Position numbers and translations under genes: made by a program. The notes under the pieces were generated by a model. The model had not been told where the DNA came from and made no database searches. It saw only the letters and a list, made by a program, of their open reading frames with translations. Shown one piece after another: positions 31,563 to 39,447 of a stretch of 45,090 bases of DNA. The stretch's first letter is position 1, and the number at the start of each line of letters is the position of its first letter. Location of the stretch: sequence record SRR20825006_1275; one strand, given 5' to 3'.

Positions 31563-32201
31563 TCAAGGACCGCCAGACCCGATGGGGGTGAACAGGACGT
31601 CGAACTTGACGACGGCGAGCGTCGACTGGATCGCGCCCTTCTCGAACTTCCAGGTCTTGATCTCGGCCAGGACGCACTCCTTGAGCTCCTTGCTCTTGAC
31701 CGTATCCTGGCGCGACACCGCCGCCACGATCTCGCCGCTCTCGGACGCCGTGAACTGCAACGAGATCTCGCCCTTGACCGAGGGGTCCTTCTCGAGGATG
31801 CGCTGGTAGCACTGCTGCATCTTGAAGCGGCGCTTGATCACATACTCTTTGAGGAACTCGGGCTTGAGCTTGCCCTCGATGAGCAAGGTCTGCTCGATGG
31901 GATAGACCAGCGCATACGTCGGCGCGCTGCCCTGGTTGCCATCTCCGCCTGCCTCGGGGCAGTCAGGACACGCCGGGCACTCCTTGCCATCAGCCGTCTT
32001 GACCTCGGGGCAGTCTGCCGGCGTCCCCTCGGAGATGCCGAGGTTGCCTGCGGCGCCCTCCGAGTTTTTGACGTAACCGAAGAAACCACCCGCGCCCATG
32101 AGTAAACCGACGACAAAGGCAAGCGTGGCGACCATGCCAGCGACCACGCTGCTGCATCCTTTCCCCTGGTTGCCGACCGCTTCGGTAGGGACTGTGCTCA
32201 T
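31563..32201 (-). CDS. Membrane-anchored protein with an AgmX/PglI (TonB-C-like) C-terminal domain
   Basis: N-terminal TM segment, Cys/Pro-rich linker, and C-terminal pattern QCYQRILEKDPSVKGEISLQF...CVLAEIKTWKF. Confidence 0.75.
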   Translation of the reverse strand: MSTVPTEAVGNQGKGCSSVVAGMVATLAFVVGLLMGAGGFFGYVKNSEGAAGNLGISEGTPADCPEVKTADGKECPACPDCPEAGGDGNQGSAPTYALVYPIEQTLLIEGKLKPEFLKEYVIKRRFKMQQCYQRILEKDPSVKGEISLQFTASESGEIVAAVSRQDTVKSKELKECVLAEIKTWKFEKGAIQSTLAVVKFDVLFTPIGSGGP

Positions 32202-32281
32202 CTCGACCTCTCTTCAATACCTCGTTGGGAGTTCGTTCTAACATGCCCCCGGTTCATCGTGAACTCTGAACTCCGTCTCCC

Positions 32282-32311
32282 GGCGGCCCTCGTAGACAAG
32301 CGAGGGCCGCC
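32282..32311 (-). terminator. GC-rich hairpin just downstream of the integrase stop; possible terminator
   Basis: 11-bp stem GGCGGCCCTCG/CGAGGGCCGCC with an 8-nt loop, extendable by CGTCT/AGACG; no U-tract. Confidence 0.4.
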
Positions 32312-32326
32312 AGACGCGCAGGGTGC

Positions 32327-33277
32327 TCAAAACAACCCATCGAGCGGGCTTTTGACCCCGAACGGTCGCTCGATCACGTGCGTGTACAACATGGTGGTTT
32401 GCAAGCGCTTGTGACCGAGTAACGTCTGGATGGTGCGAATATCCACGCCCCCCTCGAGCATGTGCGTGGCGAACGAGTGGCGCAGCGTGTGCGGCCCGAC
32501 CTTCTTGTCGATGCCGCTCGCGGCCGCTGCCCTGGCGAAGCTTCGCTGCAAGGTGCTCGGGTGCAACGATCCTCTCCCCGCCCTCCCCTTGGCATCGATC
32601 GAATCCCTGGAAGCAGGAAACACAAACTGCCACTGATGGCTCAACGAAGCCTTCGGGTATTTCTTCGAGATCGCGGTCGGAAGCGCGACGTAACCTCGAT
32701 TTCTCTTCATGTCTCGCGTGTGACGCGACTTCACCGCCAAGACCTGTTCGCGCAAAGACCCGCGAAGTGCATCAGGTAAAATTGCCACGCGATCCCGGTT
32801 TCCCTTCGTGTCCCAGAGGAGGATCGCGCGCTGCTTGAAGTCGATGTCTTTGATGCGGATGCTCAACAACTCCGATACACGCAAGCCCGCGCCATACAAC
32901 AACTTCGCGTGTAAGGTGTACTTCTCCTCGATGTGCTCGAAGAGCGTGGCGACCTCCTCCTTCGAGAGCACCACGGGCAAGCGCCTGTCACGCTTCGCGC
33001 GATCCAACCCCTCGAACTCGCCAGGCTCCTTGCCGAGCACGTGCTTGTAGAAAAACACTAGCGCACATAGCGCCTGATTTTGCGTCGACGCCGCCACCGA
33101 GCGCCGGGATGCCAGGTCGTTGAGGAACGCGGTGATATGTTCGGGGCCAAGCTCGTCGGGGTGCTTCCTGTCATGGAACAGGATGTATTGCTTCACCCAG
33201 TAGGAGTAGAGCTTCGCGGTGCTCGGCGAGTAGTTCTTTCGGCGCAGCGTCGTGCGCAACTTCGGTATCAGCTTCAT
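32327..33277 (-). CDS. intI: Integron integrase (tyrosine recombinase); apparently cassette-less (In0)
   Basis: N-terminal VAASTQNQALCALVFFY and RLPVVLS; catalytic R (GLRVSE), K (TKG), HTLRH, LGH and Y (TMLYTHV); the integron-specific insertion VALPTAISKKYPKA...WQFVFPA; C-terminal SPLD. Confidence 0.93.
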   Translation of the reverse strand: MKLIPKLRTTLRRKNYSPSTAKLYSYWVKQYILFHDRKHPDELGPEHITAFLNDLASRRSVAASTQNQALCALVFFYKHVLGKEPGEFEGLDRAKRDRRLPVVLSKEEVATLFEHIEEKYTLHAKLLYGAGLRVSELLSIRIKDIDFKQRAILLWDTKGNRDRVAILPDALRGSLREQVLAVKSRHTRDMKRNRGYVALPTAISKKYPKASLSHQWQFVFPASRDSIDAKGRAGRGSLHPSTLQRSFARAAAASGIDKKVGPHTLRHSFATHMLEGGVDIRTIQTLLGHKRLQTTMLYTHVIERPFGVKSPLDGLF

Positions 33278-33434
33278 ATCTAGAACCTCTGCGGTTGCCG
33301 GTGAGTGATTGACGTCCGAGGCATTGACCGAAAGGTCAACACCTCCATGTCAGTTTTCGTCAACCCGAGGACAGATGTTGCGCGCAGCGACGAGAACTTC
33401 TCCGATAAACACTGGAAAACCCGCGGTTCGCCGA

Positions 33435-33515
33435 GCAACCCGAGGGGAGGAAAAATCGCCCGACCTGGGTGTCATATTCACCAACCCCGGGCGATTTTTC
33501 CTCCCCTCGGGTTGC
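33435..33515. repeat. 81-bp palindromic element E2, related to E1
   Basis: 28-bp perfect arms GCAACCCGAGGGGAGGAAAAATCGCCCG (33435-33462 and 33488-33515) with a 25-nt spacer, about 160 bp upstream of the intI start. Confidence 0.9.
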
Positions 33516-33977
33516 GAGCGAGAGGTCCCCAATCCCACCACCCCGAAACGAGCGCTCGTGGAAAGAGAACGCGCGCCCGAAAAGGCAAAAAAAACACTCC
33601 ACCAGGAGGCATGACATCGATGTCACGCCTCGCCACGAAGAAGCCACCCGACTCAATTTACAACAGTAAAGATAACCCCAGAATCTCCATACCAAACGGA
33701 GCAGACAGAGGGTCTCTGACAAAAACTTCATATCGCCCGAGATCATGCGTCAAAAAATTGACGCATGGGCGATGCTTCGCTGTTCGAGGGCCATGGAGCG
33801 TTAATTTTCTTCGCAACAATCTCGAAATCACTGCATCCCATACACCGAAGCTCTCGTGAGAAATGGGAGCAGAAGATTATAAATGTCTGAAACGGTCGAG
33901 AATATACACTGCTTCGAGAAGCATGGCTTTCAGGCATTTCCTTCGAGATCTAAAATTCGACAAACGGAGCCACGAGA

Positions 33978-35711
33978 ATGGTTGCACAGCACATCACGCA
34001 CAGGTTGACGTCCAAGGCATGCCTCACACTCCTCCCCGGGCTGATCGCGATGGGGTTGTTGGCCGGTTGTGGCAATAACAACGACGAAAACAACACGACC
34101 GCGAACAACAACACCGCCAATAACACTGCGGCGAACAACACGACCGCGAACAACACGACCGCAAACAACACGACCGCAAACAACACCGCGGCCAACAATA
34201 CCGCCGCGAATAACACTGCGGTCAATAACACGGCCGCGAATAACACCGCCGTCAACAACACCGCTGCGAACAACACCTCCCAGAACATGAACCCGATGGG
34301 CACCGCCAGCGTCCAGGTCTTGCACCTCGCTGACGGCGCGGGAACGGTGGATATCTACGCCAACGACACCCTCCTGATCGACGACCTCGACGAGAAGGCT
34401 GGCACCAACTTCTTCCCCGTGCCAGCTGGCGTATCACTCAAGCTCGACGTCGTCGCCGGGGACGCCACAGACAACTCCTCGCCGGTCGAAACCGTCACGC
34501 TCGACACCGGCCTCCCGGAAGACTCGACCTACATCGTCGCGGCGACCGGTGATGCCACCGCCGCAGAAGGTGATGACGCGGCGTTCCGCCTCGTCGCCAT
34601 CCCTGGGGCGAAGTCGAGCCACGATGACGCGGGGACCGTCTCGGTGATGGTGATCCATGGCGTCGACGATGCTCCGACGGTGGATGTCGCCCTCGACAAC
34701 GCGACGACGCTCGGCGCAGATCCCACCATCCCCGCGCTCGAGTTCGCTGGCTATACAAACACTGGCGGAGAGGCGGCCTACCTCGACATCGATCCGACCG
34801 CGACGCTTATCCCCGGCGTGGCGCTGATCGATATCAACGTCGCTGGCGGACCGTTCGTCGCGGGATTCCAGGCTGGCCTGACAGGTCTCGAAGGTCAGGC
34901 TGCCGTGATCGCCGCGACAGGTTCGCTCGAGGATGGCACCTTTGGCCTGACCGCGTTCCTCGCCATCGAGGGGGAAACCCCATCGACTTCCGCGGGCCTC
35001 GACCTGCCCGCGGCGGCGCGCCTCCAGGTCGTGCACAACTCGGCTGACCCGGCAGCCGCCAGCGTGGATGTCTACGCGGCAGGTGCCCTGTTGCTCGATG
35101 ACTTCGCCTTCCGTACAGCATCCCCCTACCTGACAGTCCCATCGGGCACCGAGATCCCAGTGGTGGTCGCCGCGCCTGATTCGACCGATGACAGCGCGCC
35201 AGTCGCTGGCCCCGTAAACGTCGAGCTCGATCCTGGCACGACGACCATCGCGGTCGCCTCGGGTGTTGTTGGCGCAGAAGGGGACGCAGCCTTCGCGCTC
35301 CTGACCACGGAAGGGCTCGAAGCAAACGCGGGTGAAGATATCGAGGTCAAGATCCACCATGGTTCGCCAGACACGCCCGCTGTCGGCGTGCGCGCTGATG
35401 GCGCAGAGGCCAACATCATCGACTCGTTTGTCTACGGTGATTTCGTCGGATACGTGCCGCTCCCCACGAGCACCAACACGATCCTCGAGGTCATCAACCC
35501 CGCCGCAGATGACGTGACCGTCGTAGAGACCGCCGCCGCGATCGACTTCAGCATGTTCTCCACGCCCGTCTTTGTCGCCGCGAGCGGTTCCTCCAACCTC
35601 GACGCTGACGGCGCCGATGTCCTCCCCGACGAGGCCGCTGCCATCGCCTTGATCGCAGTGCTCCCGGATGGAACAGTGGTGACCGTCCCGCTCCAAGCAG
35701 AGCCGCTCTGA
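33978..35711 (+). CDS. Lipoprotein with an (NNTxA)n linker and tandem DUF4397-like beta domains
   Basis: Lipobox LAGC; repeated motifs VQVLHLADGAGTVDIY, VIHGVDDAPTVDV, LQVVHNSADPAAASVDVY and IHHGSPDTPAV; GGAG RBS. Confidence 0.85.
   Translation: MVAQHITHRLTSKACLTLLPGLIAMGLLAGCGNNNDENNTTANNNTANNTAANNTTANNTTANNTTANNTAANNTAANNTAVNNTAANNTAVNNTAANNTSQNMNPMGTASVQVLHLADGAGTVDIYANDTLLIDDLDEKAGTNFFPVPAGVSLKLDVVAGDATDNSSPVETVTLDTGLPEDSTYIVAATGDATAAEGDDAAFRLVAIPGAKSSHDDAGTVSVMVIHGVDDAPTVDVALDNATTLGADPTIPALEFAGYTNTGGEAAYLDIDPTATLIPGVALIDINVAGGPFVAGFQAGLTGLEGQAAVIAATGSLEDGTFGLTAFLAIEGETPSTSAGLDLPAAARLQVVHNSADPAAASVDVYAAGALLLDDFAFRTASPYLTVPSGTEIPVVVAAPDSTDDSAPVAGPVNVELDPGTTTIAVASGVVGAEGDAAFALLTTEGLEANAGEDIEVKIHHGSPDTPAVGVRADGAEANIIDSFVYGDFVGYVPLPTSTNTILEVINPAADDVTVVETAAAIDFSMFSTPVFVAASGSSNLDADGADVLPDEAAAIALIAVLPDGTVVTVPLQAEPL
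34089..34283 (+). repeat. In-frame 15-bp tandem repeat, 13 units encoding NNT(T/A)(A/V)
   Basis: AACAACAC(G/C)..-type units with synonymous variation, read directly from the DNA and its translation. Confidence 0.9.
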
Positions 35712-35734
35712 GGCACACCGCTGACGACATAAAC

Positions 35735-35796
35735 CGGTGAGATAGAAACGAGATGGGCGCGCCAACTGGCGCGCCCATCTCGTTTCTATCTCACCG
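35735..35796. terminator. Perfect 30-bp-arm palindrome between convergent genes; probable bidirectional terminator
   Basis: CGGTGAGATAGAAACGAGATGGGCGCGCCA-ac-TGGCGCGCCCATCTCGTTTCTATCTCACCG. Confidence 0.7.
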
Positions 35797-35815
35797 CGTC
35801 AACTGGCCGATACGC

Positions 35816-36439
35816 TCACCCCTCGTGCACCAGACCGCCGAAGCGCCAGCTCCCATCTTCGCCGCGAGTCGCCTTGTAGAGCGCCGTGTTGGGGATATGG
35901 CGCAGAGCATCCGCATGCTCGGGGAAGGTGATCGTCAAAAAGATCCTCAACGCGCCACCGTGCGCGCCGAGCCCCACGACATCAGGAGCGTCGGGATCAT
36001 CGAGGATCTCATCGAGCCGTTGACGGAACCTGTCATACATCGCGCGGCGAGATTCTCCGCCGGGGAAGGTGCGCTGGAGCGAAGGCTCGTCAGTAGGATC
36101 GATGTAGAACCACATCCGCATGATCTCTTCACCGAATGCCTCGAGGTTTTCCTCGTAGGTGCTCCCCTCGGCCTCCCCCATATGCACCTCTCGAAACGCG
36201 GGGGAGATCTGGCACGCGACCCCCGCTCTGTCGGCGACAATTTGCGATGTCACCGACGCGCGCTGCAAATCACTCGAGACGACGAGCCCCAACCCGAGCG
36301 ACTCGCAGACCTCTGCCAGTGCGTTGGCTTGCGCGATCCCGTTGGCATTGAGTGGCCTGTCTATATGCCCCTGGAACTTCCCTGCGACGTTCCAATCCGT
36401 TTCGCCGTGGCGAAAGAAATAAACGGTCTTCTCACCCAT
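35816..36439 (-). CDS. Histidine phosphatase (phosphoglycerate mutase-like) family protein
   Basis: RHGETDWN, SSDLQRA, E..MGEAEG, AHGG and IPNT; GAGGAG RBS. Confidence 0.9.
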   Translation of the reverse strand: MGEKTVYFFRHGETDWNVAGKFQGHIDRPLNANGIAQANALAEVCESLGLGLVVSSDLQRASVTSQIVADRAGVACQISPAFREVHMGEAEGSTYEENLEAFGEEIMRMWFYIDPTDEPSLQRTFPGGESRRAMYDRFRQRLDEILDDPDAPDVVGLGAHGGALRIFLTITFPEHADALRHIPNTALYKATRGEDGSWRFGGLVHEG

Positions 36440-36540
36440 CACTGGCTCCTCGAAAGTGCAGCGCGTCTTCACGCGCGGTGAGATCTGACATACGATACCG
36501 AGACATCTTGTCACAACCTGAAATCTCGAGGCATCTCGCG

Positions 36541-38091
36541 ATGAACATCGATTGGAACTCGATCGCAGTACAACCGGGCGTACACCAACTGGGCGTCGTG
36601 CTCAGGCGACAGCTTGGCATCTGGGCAGGGCTCCTCACGCCGACGGGGCGAACCATCCCGCTCGGCGCTCCAGACGAGGAGCTGATTCATCCCCTCTGCT
36701 CCTGTTTTAAGGCAAACCCGATCCCTCAGGGTGACAAGGGGGAGCAAGCGACCTGCTCGAGCTCGCTAAGGCAGTGGGCATCTCAGCCGAACGCCGCGCT
36801 CAACCTCACCTGTCACGCTGGCCTGAACGCGCGCATCAAGGAGCTCGTCGATCTTCGCGGGGATTACTGCGGCGCGATCTATGTCTCGGGGTTTATCACC
36901 GAGCGCAACGAGACGCGCGCGCTCATCGACATCAAGCGCAACCTCAAGAGCGCGGGCTATGACGAGGAGCAAATCGAGCAGGAGTGGTTCGATGTGCTCC
37001 TGCGCGCGAGCCCGATCGACGAGGGCGTGATCGGCACCTTGCTCACCGCCCTGCAAGACGAAGCACAACGCGCGCTCACCAAACAAATGCGCGAGAACAA
37101 GATCGTCCGCGAGGACTCGAGCGGCCAGTTCGAGGGGATGATCGGAGACAGCCCGGTCATGCGACAGCTCTTCTACATGATCGATCGCGTGGCGCGGACC
37201 AACTCCACGGTCTTGATCCTCGGCGAGAATGGCACCGGCAAAGAGCTCGTGGCGAACGCCATTCACAGGCGCTCGCGGCGGGTGGAGCGACCCTTTCTGG
37301 TGCAAAACGTGGCGGCGATTCCAGGCGAACTCATCGAGAGCGAGCTCTTTGGCCACAAACGCGGCGCCTTCTCTGGCGCGCACCGCGACCGTCGAGGTCT
37401 CTTCGAGGCAGCAAACCACGGGACGTTTTTCCTGGATGAAATCGGCGAGATGGATTTGACGCTGCAATCGAAGCTCCTGCGCGTCTTGCAAGAGGGCACC
37501 TTCTTGCCGGTCGGCGAGGAAACCTACCGCAAGGTCGACGTGCGCATGATCTTTGCGACCAACCGCGATCTGCGACAGATGGTGCAGCAGAAGACCTTCC
37601 GGGATGACCTCTACTACCGCATCAACGTCTTCGCGCTCAGGGTTCCCCCGCTGCGCGAGCGCCCGAGTGATATCCCCAGGCTTGCCAAACACTTCCTCTC
37701 GCGCGCGACACGACTGCACGGCGTCACGGAGCGCGAGTTTAGCCAGGATTGTCTCCAGCAGATGATGTCCTACGAGTGGCCGGGCAACGTGCGCGAGCTC
37801 GAGAACGAGATCGAGCGCATGGTGATCATGAGCGGCAGTGATACCGAGATCGGCGTCGACGCGCTCTCGAACAAGGTCGGCAACGCCAAGCCCGCGCCGA
37901 TCGCGCTCTCGTCGATGGGGATGACCTTGCCCGAGGCTGTCGAGCAGCTCGAGGAGCAAATGATCGTCGCCGCGCTCGAGGACACGGGCTGGAACAAGAC
38001 CCAGGCCGCGAAGCAACTCGGCGTCTCCCGGCGAAACCTCATCCGCAAGGTCTCGAAGATGGGGCTCGAGGATAATGAAGATGACGATTAG
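36541..38091 (+). CDS. Sigma-54-dependent activator with an N-terminal PocR-like sensor domain
   Basis: N-terminal C...C...CHAGL...G pattern typical of PocR; GENGTGKE, ELFGHKRGAFSGA, FLDEIGE, WPGNVREL and a Fis-type HTH. Confidence 0.9.
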   Translation: MNIDWNSIAVQPGVHQLGVVLRRQLGIWAGLLTPTGRTIPLGAPDEELIHPLCSCFKANPIPQGDKGEQATCSSSLRQWASQPNAALNLTCHAGLNARIKELVDLRGDYCGAIYVSGFITERNETRALIDIKRNLKSAGYDEEQIEQEWFDVLLRASPIDEGVIGTLLTALQDEAQRALTKQMRENKIVREDSSGQFEGMIGDSPVMRQLFYMIDRVARTNSTVLILGENGTGKELVANAIHRRSRRVERPFLVQNVAAIPGELIESELFGHKRGAFSGAHRDRRGLFEAANHGTFFLDEIGEMDLTLQSKLLRVLQEGTFLPVGEETYRKVDVRMIFATNRDLRQMVQQKTFRDDLYYRINVFALRVPPLRERPSDIPRLAKHFLSRATRLHGVTEREFSQDCLQQMMSYEWPGNVRELENEIERMVIMSGSDTEIGVDALSNKVGNAKPAPIALSSMGMTLPEAVEQLEEQMIVAALEDTGWNKTQAAKQLGVSRRNLIRKVSKMGLEDNEDDD

Positions 38092-38190
38092 AGCGGAACA
38101 CTCGAGTCAGGCATCAAGTCGCATAGATCCACCATCCGACAAAATAACCTTCAGTAAAGTGATCCTGAAGGCCCCTGAAAAATTGGGGTC

Positions 38191-39228
38191 TCAGGGGTCC
38201 TTCTTGGCGGCGACCTTTCCAGCGATGGCGACGCAATCGACCCACTCTCCCTCGACGCGTCCCATCCCATAGAGAATCGCGTTAGAGACGACGGTGCCGG
38301 GCTCGAGCTCGACGCCGTCGAGGACCACATTGGGGCCGATGCGACATCCTTCTGCGATGGTCGCGTTCATGCCGACGAATACAGGCCCCTTCATCTTGAC
38401 CGAATCACTCACTGCCCCTGGCCTGTATACAAACAATCCTTCTGCCATGGGTTCAGGCAACGGAGCCTGAGGGAAGACATCAGGCTCTTCAAGAATGCGT
38501 CGTGTATTCTCGAGCATCAGGTTCGGATTATCGAGCGCGGCCCAGTATCCATCGAGCACCGAGCCTCCGATCTTGCCATCCTCTTCGATCAGGGGTCCGT
38601 GTAATTCGGTGATAATATCACCATTTTCGAGGTCGAGCCGTTTGATGGCGTTCGCTTCCAGGATCTGGACGCCAGTGTATTCGTACTCGGTGATCTTGTC
38701 GGCCTTGTAGCCAGGTCGGCGATGATCGCGCAGCCCCATGAGCGCGTTGTTCTGATCTCGATCGACCCAGACGGCGCCGGGTTGTCCGGGAGATTTCTCC
38801 CTGAGCACGAGCGTGACCTCGTTCCCGCTCGACCTGTGGTTGGCGAGGTGCTCCTCGAGATCGATGTCCATGATGGCGTCGCCATTGATGCAAATCAGCG
38901 TGCCCTCTTCTGGCGAGCCGAGCGCCTGCCAGATCCCGGCGACGCCGCCAGCGGTGCCGAGGATCTCCCACTCTCTGGCGTAGACCATCTCGACGCCCAT
39001 CGCGGCGCCCAGCCTGTCGACGACGGGCGGGATGGAGTCGGCGAGGTGGTGGAGGTTGCAGCAGACGCGCGTGACGCCAGCGCGCGCGAGGTGGTTTATC
39101 GAGTAGGTGATCGTGGGCGTGTTGAGGAAGGGGATCAGGGGCTTTGGCAGGATGTCCGTGATCGGCGCCATCCGGGTGCCATAACCAGCGCACAACACGG
39201 CGCCATAGACGGGAGAGGAGTCGGACAT
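38191..39228 (-). CDS. NDP-sugar pyrophosphorylase/nucleotidyltransferase with C-terminal hexapeptide repeats
   Basis: LCAGYGTRMAPIT...PKPLIP, ILGTAGG and NGD; left-handed beta-helix-type tail. Confidence 0.88.
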   Translation of the reverse strand: MSDSSPVYGAVLCAGYGTRMAPITDILPKPLIPFLNTPTITYSINHLARAGVTRVCCNLHHLADSIPPVVDRLGAAMGVEMVYAREWEILGTAGGVAGIWQALGSPEEGTLICINGDAIMDIDLEEHLANHRSSGNEVTLVLREKSPGQPGAVWVDRDQNNALMGLRDHRRPGYKADKITEYEYTGVQILEANAIKRLDLENGDIITELHGPLIEEDGKIGGSVLDGYWAALDNPNLMLENTRRILEEPDVFPQAPLPEPMAEGLFVYRPGAVSDSVKMKGPVFVGMNATIAEGCRIGPNVVLDGVELEPGTVVSNAILYGMGRVEGEWVDCVAIAGKVAAKKDP

Positions 39229-39260
39229 GTGATTCAGGCTCCAGAGAAATCGAGGAGATC

Positions 39261-39315
39261 AAAAAAGAAGACGCCCCGGCAGGCATTTTTACAAAATGCG
39301 TCGCGAGGCGTCTTC
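39261..39315 (-). terminator. Rho-independent terminator after pspA
   Basis: Minus strand GAAGACGCC...GGCGTCTTC imperfect stem followed by TTTTTT. Confidence 0.7.
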
Positions 39316-39447
39316 ATAGATAGAGCGGACCGGTCGACGCGACGCACGAGGGTTGTGCGTCGGCCACCGAGACACTCGGGGAGTCGAGCTCGTGAATACG
39401 AGCTGATGTTGCCAAGAGGAACATGGCAGCAGCGAGACTTGAAAAAA

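Noticed and set aside
33305-33859. ORFs of 60-184 aa upstream of intI as gene cassettes
   Set aside because: They have atypical composition, run through palindromes, and lack a clear RBS and any following attC.
34089-34283. Tandem repeats as a CRISPR array
   Set aside because: The 15-bp units are in frame, have no spacers and vary synonymously, and there are no cas genes.
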